From the NCBI GenBank assembly GCA_041389525.1, contig JAWKRR010000018.1, forward strand, positions 1,721-65,720: a stretch of DNA of 64,000 bases, written 5' to 3'. The notes beneath the pieces are model-generated. The model did no database searches. It worked only from the letters and a program-made list of their open reading frames with translations, and was not told where the DNA came from. The stretch comes from Myxococcota bacterium (GTDB lineage Bacteria > Myxococcota_A > UBA9042 > PHBI01 > JACKFB01). Made by a program: the position numbers and the translations under genes. Positions 24,101 through 32,207 of this stretch are shown in pieces (positions within the stretch are counted from its first letter, which is position 1; each line of letters begins with the position of its first letter).

Positions 24101-25605
24101 TCTCCGCCGACCTGAAGGCCAGGATCCGTCGACTCTACCACGCCGAGGGGTGGCCCGTCGGGACCATCGGGCGCCACCTGAGCCTGCACCACAACACAGT
24201 CCGGCAGTCGCTGTTGCGCGACGGCGTGCCGCTGGACGCCATCGCGACGCGGCGCTCGAAGGCCGACCCGTACGTGCCGTTCTTGCTCGGGATGCTGGAG
24301 AAGTACCCGACGCTGACGGCGAGCCGCCTCTACGCGATGGTGCGGGAGCGCGGCTATGACGGCGGCCCCGACCACTTTCGCGTGTTCGTGGCGCGGCACC
24401 GCAAGCGCCCGGCGGCCGAGGCGTACCTGCGCCTGTCGACGCTCCGAGGCGAGCAGGCGCAGGTGGACTGGGGCCACTTCGGCCACATCGACGTCGACGG
24501 CGCACGGCGGCCGCTCGTGGCGTTCGTGATGGTGCTGTCGTGGTCGCGGTGGGCGTTTTTGCGCTTCGGCGTGGACATGCGCATGGGCAGCTTCCTCGAG
24601 CATCACGAGGCCGCGTTCCGCGCGTGGGGCGGCGTGCCGCGGGTGGCGCTCTACGACAACCTCAAGTCGGCCGTGACGCAGCGCATCGGCGACGCCATCG
24701 TGTTCAACACGAACCTGCTGGCGTTCGCGGGGCACTACGGCTACGAACCACGCCCGGTCGCGCCCTACCGCGGCAACGAGAAAGGCCGCGTCGAGCGGGC
24801 GATTCGCGACGTGCGCACGTCGTTCTTCGCGGCGCGGGAGTGGACGGACCTGGCCGACCTGAACGCGCAGGCCGAGCGCTGGTGCCGCGAGGTGCGCGGG
24901 TCGCGGCGGCACCCCGAGGACCGGACGCTCACGGTCGCGCAGGCGTTCGCCGAGGAGCAGGCGCTGCTGCGCGCGCTGCCGAGTGACGCGTTCCCAGTGG
25001 CCGACCGCGTCGAGGTGAAGGTCGGCAAGACGCCGTACGTGCGCTTCGACGGCAACGACTACAGCGTGCCGCACGACCATGTGCGGCGCATGCTGACGGT
25101 GCTGGCGACGAGCGATGCGGTGCGTGTGATAGATGGCGCCGAGGTTGTTGCGACGCACACGCGCTCGTGGGGCAAGGGGCGGCAGGTCGAGGACGCGGCG
25201 CACATGGCGGCGCTTGTCGAGCATAAGCGCGCGGCGCGGGAGGCGCGCGGGATGAACCGCGTGTTCGTGTCGGTGCCACCAGCGCAGGAGCTCGTGCGCG
25301 TCCTCGCCGAGCGCGGTGGCAACATCGGCGGGGCGGTGGCGCGGCTCGGTGAGCTACTCGATGCCTTCGGGGCCGAGGAGATGGTGGCGGCCGTCGACGA
25401 GGCGATGGCGATGGACGCTCCGCACGTCGCGGCGGTGCGACAGATCCTCGACCGACGTCGACGCGACCATGGCCAGCTGGCACCCATCGCCGTGGCGTTG
25501 CCAGACGATCCGCGCGTACGGGGCGTCGTCGTGCGCCGGCCGACGCTCGGCGTGTACGACGCGCTCAAGGGGCTCAAGGGGTTCAAGGGGGGCGGCGATG
25601 AGTGA
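24097..25605 (+). CDS. istA: IS21 family transposase
   Basis: N-terminal HTH; GEQAQVDWG, YDNLK, PYRGNEKGRVER (DDE); FDGNDYSVP. Confidence 0.95.
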   Translation: MISADLKARIRRLYHAEGWPVGTIGRHLSLHHNTVRQSLLRDGVPLDAIATRRSKADPYVPFLLGMLEKYPTLTASRLYAMVRERGYDGGPDHFRVFVARHRKRPAAEAYLRLSTLRGEQAQVDWGHFGHIDVDGARRPLVAFVMVLSWSRWAFLRFGVDMRMGSFLEHHEAAFRAWGGVPRVALYDNLKSAVTQRIGDAIVFNTNLLAFAGHYGYEPRPVAPYRGNEKGRVERAIRDVRTSFFAAREWTDLADLNAQAERWCREVRGSRRHPEDRTLTVAQAFAEEQALLRALPSDAFPVADRVEVKVGKTPYVRFDGNDYSVPHDHVRRMLTVLATSDAVRVIDGAEVVATHTRSWGKGRQVEDAAHMAALVEHKRAAREARGMNRVFVSVPPAQELVRVLAERGGNIGGAVARLGELLDAFGAEEMVAAVDEAMAMDAPHVAAVRQILDRRRRDHGQLAPIAVALPDDPRVRGVVVRRPTLGVYDALKGLKGFKGGGDE

Positions 25606-26326
25606 CGACCTCGACAAGCGTCTTCGCGCCATCGGTCTCGTCGGGCTCGCTGCGCGTCTCGACGAGATCCGCGGCGAACCGTGGGTCGAGCGGGTCATCG
25701 CCATCGAGGCGGAGGAGCGGCAGCGGCGGGGTTTCGATAGCCGCTTCAAGAGCAGCCGACTGGGCCGCTTCAAGCCGATGGCCGACTTCGACTGGAGTTG
25801 GCCGCGTGCCGCCCACCGCGAGGCCATCGACGCCCTGTTCCAGCTCCGGTTCATCGACGAGGGGGCCAACGTGATCCTCGCCGGGCCCAACGGAGTCGGA
25901 AAGACGATGATCGCGAAGAACCTCGCTCACGCGGTGATCCGGGCGGGCAAGACGGGGCGGTTCACGACGGCGAGCGCGATGCTCAACGAGCTGGCCGCGC
26001 AGGAGGGCCTGGTCGCCTTGTCGCGCGCATATCGGCGCTACACGAGCCCGGCGGTCCTGGTCGTCGACGAGCTCGGCTACGTCGCCTACGGCAATCGCCA
26101 CGCCGACGTACTCTTCGAGGTAGTGAACCGCCGCTACGAACTCGGCCGCAGCGTCATCGTCACCACCAACAGGGCGTTTCAGGAGTGGGGGGACCTGTTT
26201 CCCAACGCCACCTGCGTCGTCCCCCTCATCGACCGCCTCGTTCACAAAAGCGACATCTTCGAAATCGACGGTGACTCCTACCGTCTCAAGGAGGCCCAGG
26301 AGCGCGCCCAGCGCCGCAACGCCTGA
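25598..26326 (+). CDS. istB: IS21 family ATP-binding helper protein
   Basis: DFDWSWP, GPNGVGKT, LVVDELGY, SVIVTTNRAFQEWGDLF, IDRLVH. Confidence 0.95.
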   Translation: MSDDLDKRLRAIGLVGLAARLDEIRGEPWVERVIAIEAEERQRRGFDSRFKSSRLGRFKPMADFDWSWPRAAHREAIDALFQLRFIDEGANVILAGPNGVGKTMIAKNLAHAVIRAGKTGRFTTASAMLNELAAQEGLVALSRAYRRYTSPAVLVVDELGYVAYGNRHADVLFEVVNRRYELGRSVIVTTNRAFQEWGDLFPNATCVVPLIDRLVHKSDIFEIDGDSYRLKEAQERAQRRNA

Positions 26327-27057
26327 GTCCTGAGCGCGCGGCTGACCACCGACGACACCGGCGGTCAGCCGCGCTTCTCGCCGCCGTGGATGGCGAGCTG
26401 GCGTAACTCGCCGTCCACGGCGGTGACATCACGCACAACTCGCCGCGCACGATGGGGACATCACCCACAACTCGCCGTTCCTGTGCGCTTATTGGGCGCC
26501 GTCAACACTTGGCGAAAACGAAGTCGTATCGGCCACGGTCCGCGCCGGAATCGGGGGCGAGTCCTCAACTTGCTTCCTGTACGACCTCGTAGTGCTTCAC
26601 GGCCCAGCCATCGGGATGTCTCGCAGTTTCGAGACCGTTCAAGATCCTGGGCCTGGGGCGAAGCTGTTCGTACAGATCAAGTCGCTCAACAGCGCAGGGA
26701 CCATGGGTAGAAACCAGTTGGTCTCCGACCTTCGAAGTCTGTGGGTCGCCAGGAGACACAGCGAGGAGCGAGGTTGCACTGCTGACACGTTGTTCCTCGT
26801 CCTCGCAACCAGCTCCAAGGACGCGAAGGACATCGAGCAGGTCAGGCGCAGGGTCCGGTGGTTAGCGGATCGTTTCGTGGAGTTCACTGGAGACGGTGCT
26901 GCGGCCGACGTGCCTTCCGGCGTGCCGTTCGCATTGGTTCTTGCGGACGGAGTACCGGCCCTGGGCATAAACTCGGTCGACATCAGGCGAACCACGGGAA
27001 CTTGGACACCTCAACCCAAGTGAGACGAGGGGGCGGGTCCGGACTTAGGATGAGCGC

Positions 27058-27197
27058 TGTCTGACCCTGATGTATCCCCACGAATTTTTTACGCTGGAGG
27101 GGGGCGCGCTGGAGGGGGGCGGAGGGCGGTGTCTGACCCTGATGTATCCCCACGAATTTTTTACGCTGGAGGGGCGCGCTGGAGGGGCGGAGGGCGG
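27058..27197 (+). repeat. Two-copy ~70-bp tandem repeat, each unit starting at the TGTCTGACC REP core
   Basis: tgtctgaccctgatgtatccccacgaattttttacgctggagggg...ggagggcgg at 27058-27129 and 27130-27197. Confidence 0.85.
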
Positions 27198-27218
27198 TGT
27201 CGACCCCCGCACTACGCA
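27197..27218 (+). repeat. Left REP-like motif of RAYT copy 1
   Basis: GTGTC-GACCCCCGCACTACGCA, one base shorter than the 30605-30627 copy. Confidence 0.8.
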
Positions 27219-27254
27219 CTTGACCCTTCGGGGCGCTCGACGGAGACTGGTCGC

Positions 27255-28206
27255 ATGGCACGGAAGCAGCGGATCGATGAGGCTGGGGCTTGGCACCACG
27301 TGATGAACCGCGGGGCTCGGCGGGGGATGTGTTTACGCGGGACGACACTGCGTGGCGTTCCTCGACCTGCTCGGCGAGGTGACGTTCGAGTTGGGGTGGG
27401 AGGTGCATGCGTGGGCGCTGATGCCGAACCACTTCCATCTGCTGGTGCGAAGTGTGGAAGGCAACCTGTCGCGGTGCATGCAGACGCTTTGCGGGCGGTA
27501 CACGCGGCGGCTTAACGTGCAGGAGGGTGGGATGGGCCGACGTTTCGCGGGCGCTTTCGGAACCAGCGCATTGTGGACGCTCGCTATCTGCGCCACTTGG
27601 TCGCATACGTTCATCTGAACCCGGTGCGCGCGCGACTGGTGCGGCGGGCTGACGAGGACTGCTGGACCAGCCATCGGTCGCACCTCGGGCTCGACAGTCC
27701 GCCGGCTGGCTGGCGCGCTGGATGGTCGAGCAGGTTCGGCTCGCCGGAGCAGCTTCAGGCGTATGTGCGCGATGTGCACACGGGTCGCGAGCCGTGGCCT
27801 GCGGATTTGGACCTGTCCACGGGTTGGCTGAGCCAGCCAGCCACGGCCAAGGCGCAGTTTTCGCGGGCGCCGGTGGACGCCGACGCATCGCCCGCCGTGC
27901 TCACGCCCGACGACGTGCTCAGCCGGGTCATCGCGGTCACCGGCGCAAGCAAGCCCGAGATCGCGCAGGCGACCCGGAGGCGGCGCAAACCCGCCACGCA
28001 GGTTCGCGGCGTGGATGCTCGCTCGGCACACCACCCTTACCCACGCCGAGATCGGGGCGACCCTGGGGATGGGCCGACGGCAGGAGTCGCTGCTGTACCG
28101 GCTGCGGATGCGGGGAGCGAGTGCGCCGCTGACGGACTGGCGCGACGTGGGACCGGTCGCTGCGCCGCCGTCGCGCTTGGCCCGGACTCGCGGGAGTAAT
28201 GCGTAG
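27255..28206 (+). pseudogene. REP-associated tyrosine transposase (RAYT, Y1_Tnp) copy 1, frameshifted
   Basis: Near-identical to 30664..31629 but with multiple 1-5 nt indels; HAWALMPNHFHLL is retained. Confidence 0.9.
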
Positions 28207-28781
28207 TGCGGGGGTCAGACACTGATGTCCGCGGGGGTAATGCGTAGTGCGGGGGTCAGACACTGATGTCATGGGGGCAGACACACCGCACCGTCCGCAC
28301 CGTCTGACGGACTGGCGCGACGCGTGGGACCTGGTCGCTGCGCCGCCGTCGCGCTTGGCCCGGACTCGCGGGGGGTAATGCGTAGTGCGGGGGTCAGACA
28401 CTGATGTACCCCTTACCCACGCCGAGATCGGGGCGACCTGGGGATGAGCCGACGGGCAGGTGGAGTCGCTGCTGTACCGGCTGCGGATGCGGGGAGCGAG
28501 TGCGCCGCTGACGGACTGGCGCGACGCGTGGGACCTGGTCGCTGCGCCGCCGTCGCGCTTGGCCCGGACTCGCGGGGGTAATGCGTAGTGCGGGGGTCAG
28601 ACACTGATGTCCTGGCCCGGACTCGCGGGGGTAATGCGGTAGTGCGGGGTCAGACACTGATGTCCTGCGCCGTCGCGGCCCGACTCGCGGGGGTAATGCG
28701 TAGTGCGGGGGTCAGACACTGATGTCCACTTGGCCCGGACTCGCGGGGGTAATGCGTAGTGCGGGGGTCAGACACTGATGT
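28178..28781 (+). repeat. Nested array of RAYT 3'-end copies, each ending at GGGGGTCAGACACTGATGT
   Basis: Seven endings at 28228, 28269, 28407, 28610, 28663, 28725 and 28781; intervening units of 41, 138, 203, 53, 62 and 56 bp, all derived from the RAYT 3' end. Confidence 0.85.
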
Positions 28782-28964
28782 ACTGCGACCGGCCCTCCCG
28801 TCGAGCTGCTTCCAAAGCGGTGCCCGACGGCGCTCGCAGCAATCTCACGCAGTCCCTACCGGGCTGAGGAAGATGCGTGGGGATCCCTTAAGGGTCAGAC
28901 ACCGCAACTTGAATAGGTGATACTTATTGCTTAACGCGAGGCCGTGCGGTACGCGTTTTGTATC

Positions 28965-29573
28965 ATGCGTTCTGAGAGCACGACCAAGACTGAGGCGCTG
29001 CTGCGATTGGCCCGGATGGGGCCGGTTCGGGCTCGGGACCTTGATGAGGTTGGGATCCCTCGGGCTTATCTGAGGCGACTTTGCGAGCGCGGGCTGCTGG
29101 CGCGGGTCGACCGCGGGCTCTACCGGCTGGCTGACGCGCCGGTGACGGAGCTGAGTTCCCTCGCCGACGTCTGCAAGCGCGTGCCCAGCGCGGTGATTTG
29201 CCTGCTCAGCGCGCTGCAGGTTCACGGGCTGACGACCGAGGCGCCGCACGCGGTCTGGGTGCTCATCCCGCGTCACGGGCGGTCGCCGAAGCTGGAATCA
29301 CCGAAGCTCGAGGTGGTGCGGGCCAGCGGCGCTGCGCTCGAGCATGGCGTGGAGACACGGACCGTTGACGGGGTGGAAGTCAGGTTCACCACACCTGCGA
29401 AGACCGTCGCCGACTGCTTCCGGTTCCGCCGACACGTGGGCCTCGACGTCGCGCTCGCAGCGCTTAGCGACTACCTGCGCAAACGCGCCGGCAGCGTGGA
29501 CGAGCTTGTCGCAGCCGCCCGCGCAGATCGCATCTATTCGTTCATGCGGCCCTACCTGGAGGCCCTCGCATGA
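28965..29573 (+). CDS. abiEi: Type IV TA antitoxin, AbiEi family transcriptional regulator
   Basis: wHTH (RARDL...YLRRLCERGLLARVDRGLYRL), VICLLSALQVHGLTTE, TTPAKTVADCFRFR. Confidence 0.9.
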   Translation: MRSESTTKTEALLRLARMGPVRARDLDEVGIPRAYLRRLCERGLLARVDRGLYRLADAPVTELSSLADVCKRVPSAVICLLSALQVHGLTTEAPHAVWVLIPRHGRSPKLESPKLEVVRASGAALEHGVETRTVDGVEVRFTTPAKTVADCFRFRRHVGLDVALAALSDYLRKRAGSVDELVAAARADRIYSFMRPYLEALA

Positions 29574-30487
29574 CAAAGCGGCCGCCTACAGATATCGGTG
29601 ACTCGGTCCGCGCTCGACTCGCTCGCGTCGCTCGCCAGCAGGGTGAGGACTTCCAGTTCGTGCTGACGCGATACGCGAACGAGCGGTGGCTCTACCGCCT
29701 GGGCTCATCTCGGCACGCATCTCGATTCGTGCTGAAGGGCGCGGCGCTCTTTTCGATCTGGATGGGCAGACCCCACCGGGCGACTCGCGACATTGACCTG
29801 CTCGGGTTTGGCGACCCGGACGTGGCCCACATTCGCGAACTCTTCGCCGAGCTGCTTGCGCTGGATGTGCCTGAGGACGGCGTCGATTTTGAGCGAGAGT
29901 CGCTGACCGTCGCCCCTATCCGCGGAGGGCAGGAGTACGGCGGCGTGCGAGCCGAGTTCCTAGCCCGCATCACGTCTGCGCGTATTCGGATGCAGGTCGA
30001 CGTCGGGTTTGGGGACGCCGTCACACCCGCGGCGCGCGACACCGAGTTCCCGTGCCTGCTCGACTTTCCAGCCCCGCGCCTGCGGGTGTACCCGCGCGAG
30101 ACCGTCGTCGCCGAGAAGCTTGAGGCGATGGTCCGACTCGGCGCGGCGAATAGTCGGATGAAGGACTTCTTCGATATCGCCGCCCTGGCGCATGGCTTCG
30201 CTTTCGAGGAGGACAGCCTCGCGAGTGCCGTCTCCGCGACCTTCGAGCGCCGCAAGACATCGTTGCCGACGGGCACTCCCGTGGCGCTGACGCCGGAGTT
30301 CACCGACGACACGGCCAAGAAGCTCCAGTGGGCCGGATTCATCCGCAAGGCGAACGTGGGCGACGCGATGAGCCTTCGGGAGACCGGGTCGGCTATTGAC
30401 CGATTCTTGGAAGTCCCTCTCGCCGCGGCCAGACGTGGCGGGCTGAGTTCGGGCGCGGTCTGGAAGCCTGGAGGGCCCTGGGAGTAG
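29570..30487 (+). CDS. abiEii: Type IV TA toxin, AbiEii family nucleotidyltransferase
   Basis: YANERWLYRL, FVLKGAAL, RATRDIDLL, QVDVGFGD, YPRETVVAEKLEAM, SRMKDFFD; ATGA overlap with abiEi. Confidence 0.92.
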   Translation: MTKRPPTDIGDSVRARLARVARQQGEDFQFVLTRYANERWLYRLGSSRHASRFVLKGAALFSIWMGRPHRATRDIDLLGFGDPDVAHIRELFAELLALDVPEDGVDFERESLTVAPIRGGQEYGGVRAEFLARITSARIRMQVDVGFGDAVTPAARDTEFPCLLDFPAPRLRVYPRETVVAEKLEAMVRLGAANSRMKDFFDIAALAHGFAFEEDSLASAVSATFERRKTSLPTGTPVALTPEFTDDTAKKLQWAGFIRKANVGDAMSLRETGSAIDRFLEVPLAAARRGGLSSGAVWKPGGPWE

Positions 30488-30604
30488 GGTCTCGGCGTCC
30501 AGGCGGGGCTCGCGCCGGTGGCAAGGGGAGAGGCGGTCTCGGTTCCTGGTACCCATGCTACACATCAGCAGCCCGACAGCCACGGACTGAAAGACGGGAG
30601 GGCG

Positions 30605-30627
30605 GTGTCTGACCCCCGCACTACGCA
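30605..30627 (+). repeat. Left REP-like motif of RAYT copy 2
   Basis: GTGTCTGACCCCCGCACTACGCA is the exact reverse complement of TGCGTAGTGCGGGGGTCAGACAC found in the arrays at the RAYT 3' ends. Confidence 0.85.
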
Positions 30628-30663
30628 CTTGACCCTTCGGGGCGCTCGACGGAGACTGGTCGC

Positions 30664-31629
30664 ATGGCACGGAAGCAGCGGATCGATGAGGCGGGGGCTT
30701 GGCACCACGTGATGAACCGCGGGGCTCGGCGGGGGGATGTGTTTACGCGGGACGAGCACTGCGTGGCGTTCCTCGACCTGCTCGGCGAGGTGACGTTCGA
30801 GTTGGGGTGGGAGGTGCATGCGTGGGCGCTGATGCCGAACCACTTCCATCTGCTGGTGCGAAGTGTGGAAGGCAACCTGTCGCGGTGCATGCAGACGCTT
30901 TGCGGGCGGTACACGCGGCGGCTTAACGTGCAGGAGGGGTGGGATGGGCCGACGTTTCGCGGGCGCTTTCGGAACCAGCGCATTGTGGACGCTCGCTATC
31001 TGCGCCACTTGGTCGCATACGTTCATCTGAACCCGGTGCGCGCGCGACTGGTGCGGCGGGCTGACGAGGACTGCTGGACCAGCCATCGGTCGCACCTCGG
31101 GCTCGACAGTCCGCCGGCCTGGCTGGCGCGCTGGATGGTCGAGCAGGAGTTCGGCTCGCCGGAGCAGCTTCAGGCGTATGTGCGCGATGTGCACACGGGT
31201 CGCGAGCCGTGGCCTGCGGATTTGGACCTGTCCACGGGTTGGCTGAGCCAGCCAGCCACGGCCAAGGCGCAGTTTTCGCGGGCGCCGGTGGACGCCGACG
31301 CATCGCCCGCCGTGCTCACGCCCGACGACGTGCTCAGCCGGGTCATCGCGGTCACCGGCGCAAGCAAGCCCGAGATCGCGCAGGCGACCCGAGGCCCGGC
31401 CGCAAACCCGCCACGCAGGTTCGCGGCGTGGATGCTCGCTCGGCACACCACCCTTACCCACGCCGAGATCGGGGCGACCCTGGGGATGAGCCGACGGCAG
31501 GTGGAGTCGCTGCTGTACCGGCTGCGGATGCGGGGAGCGAGTGCGCCGCTGACGGACTGGCGCGACGCGTGGGACCTGGTCGCTGCGCCGCCGTCGCGCT
31601 TGGCCCGGACTCGCGGGGGTAATGCGTAG
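30664..31629 (+). CDS. REP-associated tyrosine transposase (RAYT, HUH Y1_Tnp) with C-terminal HTH
   Basis: WHHVMNRGARR, HAWALMPNHFHLL (HuH), YTRRLN...GPTFRGRF, LVAYVHLNPVRA, CWTSHRSH; C-terminal LTHAEIGATLGMSRRQV HTH. Confidence 0.9.
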   Translation: MARKQRIDEAGAWHHVMNRGARRGDVFTRDEHCVAFLDLLGEVTFELGWEVHAWALMPNHFHLLVRSVEGNLSRCMQTLCGRYTRRLNVQEGWDGPTFRGRFRNQRIVDARYLRHLVAYVHLNPVRARLVRRADEDCWTSHRSHLGLDSPPAWLARWMVEQEFGSPEQLQAYVRDVHTGREPWPADLDLSTGWLSQPATAKAQFSRAPVDADASPAVLTPDDVLSRVIAVTGASKPEIAQATRGPAANPPRRFAAWMLARHTTLTHAEIGATLGMSRRQVESLLYRLRMRGASAPLTDWRDAWDLVAAPPSRLARTRGGNA

Positions 31630-32207
31630 TGCGGGGTAGTGTGGGGGTCAGACACCGCACCGTCTGACGGACTGGCGCGACGCGTGGGACCTGGTCGCTG
31701 CGCCGCCGTCGCGCTTGGCCCGGACTCGCGGGGGTAATGCGTAGTGGGGGGATACATCAGGGTCAGACACTGATGTGGTCCTGATGTTCTGATGTGGTCG
31801 TGGCCCGGACTCGCGGGGGCAATGCGATAGTGCGGGGGTCGACACTGATGTCCGACACGATGTCCGGGTCGCTCGAGGCCGGTCCACGCGGCACTGGGCT
31901 TACGAGGCGAGGCGGTCCTGGCACTGGCGACTGTCGCACCTGGGAGGTACTGCGTAGTGCGGGCGTCAGACAGTCGCCCGGACTCGACACCCCCGTGACG
32001 CCGTAGTGGGGTGTCGATCTACGGCTCGCGCCAGACATCCTCACGCCCGCAGTGTCCAGCCGCGACGGCTGCGGATGCGGCTGGAGCGGGAAGTGCGCTC
32101 GCTGAGCGGTACTACGCGCGGACGTCGCGGGGGTCAGACGCTGATGTCCCGCTCTGATGTCCGGACTCGCGGGGGTAATGCGTAGTGCGGGGGTCAGACA
32201 CTGATGT
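31623..32207 (+). repeat. Second, more degenerate array of RAYT 3'-end/REP copies
   Basis: Repeated ggcccggactcgcggggg..tgcgtagtgcgggggtcagacactgatgt variants; hairpins GTCAGAC-accgcacc-GTCTGAC and ACATCAG-ggtcagaca-CTGATGT. Confidence 0.75.

Larger units (their letters stand above)
23197..26507 (+). mobile_element. Complete IS21-family insertion sequence (3311 bp) with two extra ORFs
   Basis: Ends TGTCAGCAGG... and ...CGCCGTCAACA; 5-bp target duplication CTTGG (23192-23196 and 26508-26512); subterminal repeats gacatcac.cacaactcgccg near the right end with an inverted variant at 23227-23247; istA and istB present. Confidence 0.92.
22985..27023 (+). pseudogene. PD-(D/E)xK-like nuclease gene (240 aa when rejoined) interrupted by IS21
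   Basis: Joining 22985..23196 to 26513..27023 gives 723 nt in one open frame: ...QEQTLQDW...LAEIALG|ENEVV...YDLVVL...LFVQIK.... The nuclease fold is inferred from the E, D and QxK pattern. Confidence 0.7.

Noticed and set aside
28178-28781. CRISPR array
   Set aside because: The spacers are not unique: they are variable-length copies of the adjacent RAYT 3' end. Unit lengths range from 41 to 203 bp, and no cas genes are present.
27255-31629. IS200/IS605 element with TnpB/IscB RNA-guided nuclease
   Set aside because: The Y1 protein is a long RAYT-type (321 aa with HTH tail), and no RuvC/TnpB-like ORF is adjacent.
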